64,000 bases of DNA from Schmidtea polychroa (taxonomy: Eukaryota): the NCBI GenBank assembly GCA_044892525.1, contig CM097885.1, positions 43,898,001-43,962,000 on the forward strand. Reading direction: 5' to 3'. The notes beneath the pieces were generated by a model, which was not told the DNA's origin, did not search any database, and saw only the letters and a list, made by a program, of their open reading frames with translations. The translations under genes and the position numbers were made by a program. Positions 56,971 through 64,000 of the stretch are shown here, piece after piece (within the stretch, counting starts at the first letter, position 1; every line of letters begins with the position of its first letter).

Positions 56971-59900
56971 GATGCACAATACCAGATCGAGTATATCAGA
57001 AGAAATATGTTCCTTTCGAACATTAAACACTTTGAATATCTAGATCATTTGTTGTTTAATCGGGAAATTTAGGAAATTCTGATTGAAATTGGTCTCTCTG
57101 TCTTCTTGGTTTTTAATTATTCTTTCGATTGTTCAAAAATATGAAATTTCCGTAGTTATATCTTTCTTCATATCTTTATGGATTTTTTTCGAATTTTAGT
57201 GTTTTTACTATAGCTATAATTTATTATAGTTTTTAAACATTTTTTAAATATTTCATTTCCCGGACACTGCGGGAACAAAAATGATAGTAATAACAAAAAC
57301 TAATTGAGGTTTTGTTTTAAACCCATAAAAACAATAAAAATATAACATTCTACTACAATTATTATTATTAAATGTTGAAATTTACAATTGATTAGTATAT
57401 TAGAAAATCTTAATATAACAATTAAATATTCTAGAATTAAATTTTAACTAGGATGTAACATAAAAACTATATCTAATGATTTCCATCAAAATGATTCTGT
57501 TTTTGAGAAGTTTCCAAATATAACTATAAGGTATGTTTTTCAAAGTCCTTTTGGATTTAATAATAATTGGATTTTTTAAAAAATTATCGGTTGACTTAGT
57601 TATTCTTTGGATCCATAGATTTCCAGAACTTGAATTAGTTTTTTTGAATCTCCATGTAAATAAGAAGTTACCCATTTTACAAACTCGTTTTCATATTTAA
57701 AAATAATTGATATAAAAACCAAAATTAAAAAAATATAAAAAATTATTATAAAAATAGAATTTTGCGTTTTAAAATCACAGAAATAACTTCAAAAACCAAA
57801 TAAATAATAAACTTATTAAGTTTGAAGATTTCAACATTTTTTACTAAATAACTTTCTTTACAAAATCAAAAATCAAAATTAATTTAATTAATTTCCAAAT
57901 TCACCAACAACTTTCTTGTTTATTTTGCCTGTGTCATCAGAGTTACGAAAACTAAAAATTAAATGTTACTTGTTATAAACAATAATAATATAAACAATAA
58001 AAATAATTAAAATAATTAAAAATAATTAAATGATAGAAACAACTTAATTCCAATTTTTAAAGTTTTATATAGTTGTTTAATAGATAAAATGATGAGACCT
58101 TATATCTCTTTATAATCTTTTAAGAGGTTAATCCCGAGTAATACCATTCTTTATTACTTCCTGTGTTACATTGAAGTAAGTTCTAAAAATGTGTTTTAAT
58201 TAAACTAGAATATTATTTATATGTAATTTATATGTAATTTAATGGAGATTTATTTAATACATATTAAATTCTAATTTCATTATTTTAGTTTTCATCTTTT
58301 ATTTTCTGAAAGAAATTGTAAAAATATTAAATGACACAAAATCAAGCATTTTATCAAAATTCATATTTAATATTCAATAATAATCAAATTATAAAATTTA
58401 GATACTTTAAATTACTTTAAATTTTTTTGTTTAAATTAATTTATGCAAATTAAAGTAAAATAATAATAAATGTCAAGTGGGTTTTTTAAAAATTGAAAAC
58501 TCTTAATCATACTAATTAACATTAAATCCAATTAATAATAATTAATCAATCGTTTTTTTTATTATATTAAAATTATATGTAAAATTTTAAATTCATTTTA
58601 ACTCAAAAATATGATTTTAACAGTAAAAATATTTTCTCCGAAACCATATAATAAGAATAGTTAAAGACAAATTCTGAAATTTTCATAAATTATTCTGATA
58701 TTTTTGTCTGCGTTCAACATTGAAATCTTTAAAACGTTTATTTGAGCCGATTTATTTATCGCAAGACAATCTTTATTGTTTTTTTTTTCAGATATAGCTT
58801 ATTATATTTATATCTATAATTGGATTTTTCATAGTTAAAATGAAAATATCATTGTCTGGTACTGATAATTGTATTTTTCTTCTTGGGAGTTTTGTTATCT
58901 TTTGATTATTTGTCATTTTAATTATCATTGAGCTATCATTTCTTGTTTAAACTTAAAATTCATTTAAAATAAGGTCCACTGTAAATTAAATATTTTGTTA
59001 TAAATTTTCAATTTCAATTCAAACAAGATTAAAAGCATACAAATTTTGACATAAAATAGATTGAAACAAATTTCGAATTTTCAATTTTTTAAATCAATTG
59101 TTTTTTTAATAAAAATCATATTTAAATAATAAACAAATAAAAAAAAGAATTTTTATTAACATCATATTTTAACTAGGATCCACAGATTTTGTAACTGGAT
59201 CACTGGTTTACATACGCCAAAACCATCTAGTTAAGTGGACCATATGTGACACAAAGATTATTGAAAGAAAGGTAACTAATATATGTTTTATTTTTAAGAA
59301 ATTAAAGAGTTATAGAAATACAGATCAAATGGACTCCAAAATCATCGTAATTGATACAAAAATCTTGAAGATGAGAAAGCTTGCTGTCCAACTACTGCAA
59401 TTGGAAACAATAAAATTTAGATAACCGATGCAAAAAACTTTAGTAGTTGCAGAAAACATAAATGTTGACCACTTAACCAATATTATACATTTATTTTGAA
59501 AGTGAGAAAAGTCTATTTGGATATAACAAACCTTTTTTAATACACATTGTTTGATAATGAATGTCCATTATTATGTTCAAAAAACATACAAAAGGTGACT
59601 GTTAGAGCTTATTTATAATTTCAAAATTTTTAAAACCAAATCTTTAAATATCTCGTTATAATATAAAATCGACTTGGCCTTTTTTCAAAATAAACATCTC
59701 ATATTCTATCATTGCAATTAATTGGAAAATAATAAAACTGGACAAAATGGTTATTAAATGATTCAAATTATTATTCATTTGATAAATAGCATTTGAGTCT
59801 GTACAAATCTGTACAGACCAAATTCACAAAATCTTTAAAAAAATTAGAGAGGTTACAAAGACAATGTTTCAATATGAAGTGATGATATGTAATTTTTAGA

Positions 59901-60058
59901 ATAAAAAGTAACGAATAGGAATTTGCGGTTTTTGTTTTTAGCTGAAATGTTACTTTAGGGTAGAAAGATCTATCATTCTGGAGTTTGTCAAATCTTTCCT
60001 TGAAAAATGATGTCTAAATATTGAAAAGAAGCAAAGGTGCCTTACAATGTGTTTAAGG

Positions 60059-60364
60059 CAGTGTTTTTCAAACGGTGTGCTTCGAGACTTTTTTTCCCAA
60101 ATAGGTCGGTAATAAAAAAATTACAAAAAGCTTTTTATTGTGAAAAGGTTGCTTCTGTGGATCAAACTTACAAAGAATTGTCTTTATTACCTTATAAAAA
60201 TCTCTCGTAATCATATTTAATTAGTATAGACTAAAAAGTAGCTTTTTTATATATCATTGGAAAGTCAAAAAATTTGTAAAAATATTTGATTTTTGGGCAG
60301 GTGTGCGACGAGCTTTTATAAATTTTTTAGTGTGCCACGAACGAGAAAAGTCTGAGAAACACTG
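60059..60364. mobile_element. hAT (Buster/Charlie-like) MITE
   Basis: CAGTGTTTTTCAAAC...GTCTGAGAAACACTG with exact 8-bp TSD GTTTAAGG. The terminus resembles that at 53054. Confidence 0.9.
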
Positions 60365-61135
60365 GTTTAAGGATTAATAAAATAAATAATTTATTAAATT
60401 TTTATTCCGATTTTTAAACCTGATTTTGACTATTAAATAAACCGGATAAAGAAATCCGTTTCCAATCAAAATTTCATCTTTATATATTTATTTTGAAAAT
60501 AAATCGTGACACGAATAAATATTTGATTGTTTGAATTAAATTTTACAGTTGAAAATAAATTTTTAATATGAATTTTATTTGAAAATTTTAGAATGCTATT
60601 TATGTTTTTGTATAAAACGTGTTAATTTTTATTATTTTCATATTCCTAGCTTTATTTTTGGTATTTTATTTTACAATAGGTCTGACAATCGTTGAAATTT
60701 TATAATAATTATAATACGAAATGGAATTTAAATAGTAATAAATATTTACAATGCCAAACGATGATGATTCCCACAAATGTTGTTGCAAAAATTAATTATT
60801 AAAATTAATTAAAACTTTCATATTTCCCTTGCATTATTAGTAAATTATTTTATCATCGAAACCTCACACGTTCAAAATATGAAATTTCTGATTATACAGC
60901 ATTTTTTTAAATAATTTAACATAATTAAAATAAATTTACTAATGATTTAGTTTCATGTTTGAAATTTTGATTAAACATTGATTTTCATTAGTTTTCAAAC
61001 CGGAAAATAATTTCTAACGGAAATAATTAATTCAAAATAATTTTCAAAAAACCTAACTGATTAATAATATTTCATTAAAAATTATTATTAATGAAAACAT
61101 GGTAATTTTGAATATTAATTAAATAATTATTAATA

Positions 61136-61324
<189 letters not shown>

Positions 61325-61856
61325 TAAGCTTTTTAAATATTATTATTTTTTTTTATTATTATTGTGTATTCGCTTTTTCAACAGCAGTCACTTATATAAA
61401 TAAATGAAAATAACACCGATCTAAAATCTTATTTAATAAGTCACAAAATTTGGAAATATTTAATATAAATGAGTGTGAATGTGTTGATGTCAGTTCCTGG
61501 ATCTTAGTAATGTAGTAAGTATCTGACTAAGTGAAACCTAAATAGTTAAAACACAAAACCTTAATGGCAATTTAATACATTACCTTAATTTACTGTTTAG
61601 ACATTTTGAACATCGATAGCCTTTCTGTAGGCATACTTAGTTTAACTACCTTAAATTGACAATTTTTATGAAATTTAAATTCATTTAGTCTTGTGGATAA
61701 AAATATTTGGATTTTTAATTAGTTTCACTTTGGTTGATGTCTTTTCATGTAACAGTTAATAAGAGGTTAATATTTCATTTATTAAATGTTTAGGTGTTTT
61801 ATTATTCCTACACATTTTAAACCTTTCTTTGCTACAATTGATTTATTAATTATATT

Positions 61857-62480
61857 TAAAGTGACCAGATGTCTCGGATTATGCAGGACTTCCCCGGATT
61901 TAAATCGTATGTCCTGCATTGAAAATTGTCCCGGAAAGTGTCTCGTATTGCACATCTTACCTTATTATTCCTATCTATTTCTAAAGTAACTTTTCCAAAT
62001 AACACTGCTTTGGTTTAACTGGTAACAATTATTTAAATTCAAAAATTCAAATGTTTCAATTCAAGTATGTCATGAGCTTTTAGCGAATTCACATTGCTTA
62101 AGTTTTAAAAAAATAATATATTTCTAATAGAAATTTTCTATAATTGCTATTTCAGTTTAAAAGGTTTAAGTATACAAAACAATAGTGCAAAGTTTAAATT
62201 CTTTTTATAATTGTGTCCGCAAAAAAGTTTTTTGCTTCTTCTTCCTTCTGCTTTTTGTAAGTTGTGTACAATATGATTAGATTTTCAATATGGTTAAATA
62301 ATTAATATACAGTCTTTTGAAAATGAAAATATGCAATTTACACACTCTTTTAGTGAAGAATAGTGTTCTTGTCATATTATTAGTGTGTATTCATACATAG
62401 GTCTAATATAAAGTAACAAGATTAGGCAGTTTTGATTTGAAAATTTACCGCATTCCAATAAAGAATATGTGGTCACTTTA
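61857..62480. mobile_element. hAT (Blackjack-like) non-autonomous element
   Basis: TAAAGTGACCA...TGGTCACTTTA termini; exact 8-bp TSD ATTATATT; GTCCCG-like subterminal motifs. Confidence 0.88.
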
Positions 62481-62636
62481 ATTATATTTATTTTCTCGAT
62501 GATATTATTTAAACAAATATTCATTAAGAAATTATTTTAATTTGGTAATTCAACAAACATCATTAATAAACCGTAAACATTCATATATTCATTAATTAAT
62601 CGCTTTTATTAAGATAAAAAATTATTATATTTTCAC

Positions 62637-62691
<55 letters not shown>

Positions 62692-62887
62692 TTTTAATTA
62701 AATAATTACAATATTATCCATAGTTTATTTTTTTAACGCATTTTTAACGGCATATTGCAATATTTATACAATATATTAATGATATACAATTTAATTAAAT
62801 ATTTTCACTGTCAAAAACACAAAAATAAAAAAAAGATTATTCAATTAATCAGTAGAGGAATTCTGATCAAAATGACAGTAATCACTG

Positions 62888-62979
<92 letters not shown>

Positions 62980-63766
62980 CGATTAGATTAATAGATATGT
63001 CACAAGGAAATCTTTATAGAAAATTTACATTTCGCAATTTTTATGGCCTAAAAAATTAAATAATTAGTAATTCATAATTTGAACTTCGAAGCTATATAAA
63101 ACTTTAAGCATTTCGAAAAAAATTTACTTATTGAATAACATGTAGCATAATTATGACAAGAATAAAAATACACCGGATACAAATCGGACACTTTTCCTCT
63201 TGACCCGAATGATATAATTTGTTGAGCGTGTAATTTCTATTGAGAAATTCATTAATTTTATTTATTTCATAACATTAATATTAAAAATCATTAAAGTAGA
63301 TGTAAAATGAAAAATCTGTGTTTAGGCAAGGTGTCCGTAAAGTCTGGACAGAGGGATAGAAATAAAACTTGTATTCAAATAACATCTCCAATATGATTTC
63401 TATCATTTACAATGTCAATGGATTTCGCAATGTTTTCGTGAACCTAATGCAATAAATTCACGTTGCCTTTAATTTTGCTACACTAACTCCTTATTTGTTG
63501 AGTTATAAGTGTTTCTGTTGATTATATCTTCAACTGGAATTTGCAGACATTTTAAAGGTTTGCTACGATATTTCATGAAATGCATATCTTTAGAAGTCGT
63601 GTTGAAATTCATTAAATTCTTAGATTTGTGTTTACTAGATTAAACTTGTCCATTGAAATTCGAACCAATTCGCCGACTGCTTCTTATTCTCTTTCTCAGT
63701 GAATTCCGATTGATATTATCTCCATTCAATTAGTCAATGATTGAATCACTAAAAAGATTTTTCATA

Positions 63767-64000
63767 TCACACTTCATTGATTTTATATTTATCGATTTTA
63801 GTTTTTCCATCTTCACCGGATATCACTTCAATTACCCTTTTCATTGGCCACTTTCCATACTCATTCTTTTTGAATAGCACCCGCACTGTTGACCTTGCTT
63901 GAACATCATCTTCTATCTTATTCCATTTTGCTCTTTGCCTCCAGCACGGAACCAACCTACAACCAATCAATCATCGCCAGAAGTTTTCAGTTAACTCCTG
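63767..64000 (-). pseudogene. Bel/Pao retrotransposon integrase C-terminal remnant
   Basis: KWPMKRVIEVISGEDGKTK resembles the Bel/Pao WPLGRVxEVxxGxDGxVR motif. Confidence 0.6.

Overview
Very AT-rich eukaryotic DNA, probably an animal with a compact genome, judging by many 27-44 nt GT-AG introns. Almost the whole window is nested mobile elements. The centrepiece is a young 20.6-kb LTR retroelement (31858-52430) with near-identical ~4.9-kb LTRs, a 4-bp CATA target duplication and a tRNA-Pro primer-binding site. It has no recognisable pol. Its one long ORF (1523 aa) fuses a Ty3/Gypsy Gag (capsid plus 3 CCHC knuckles) to a signal-peptide/Cys-rich ectodomain/transmembrane module. The ~4-kb leader carries a decayed RING E3-ligase gene and two families of repeated RNA structures with compensatory base changes. 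This element interrupts a Buster-type hAT transposase, which is also cut by a decayed Polinton/Maverick (integrase with a 42-nt intron, two minor capsid genes, major capsid, adenain protease). The left 18 kb holds five further Polinton termini, one showing a 6-bp self-insertion TSD, and a hidden two-exon Bcl-2-family gene downstream of a dense bZIP/HMG-site array. There are also hAT, Tc1, pogo, Gypsy and Bel/Pao remnants, four TSD-flanked hAT MITEs, a short WD40 ORF and microsatellites. All calls were made by eye; no searches were run.
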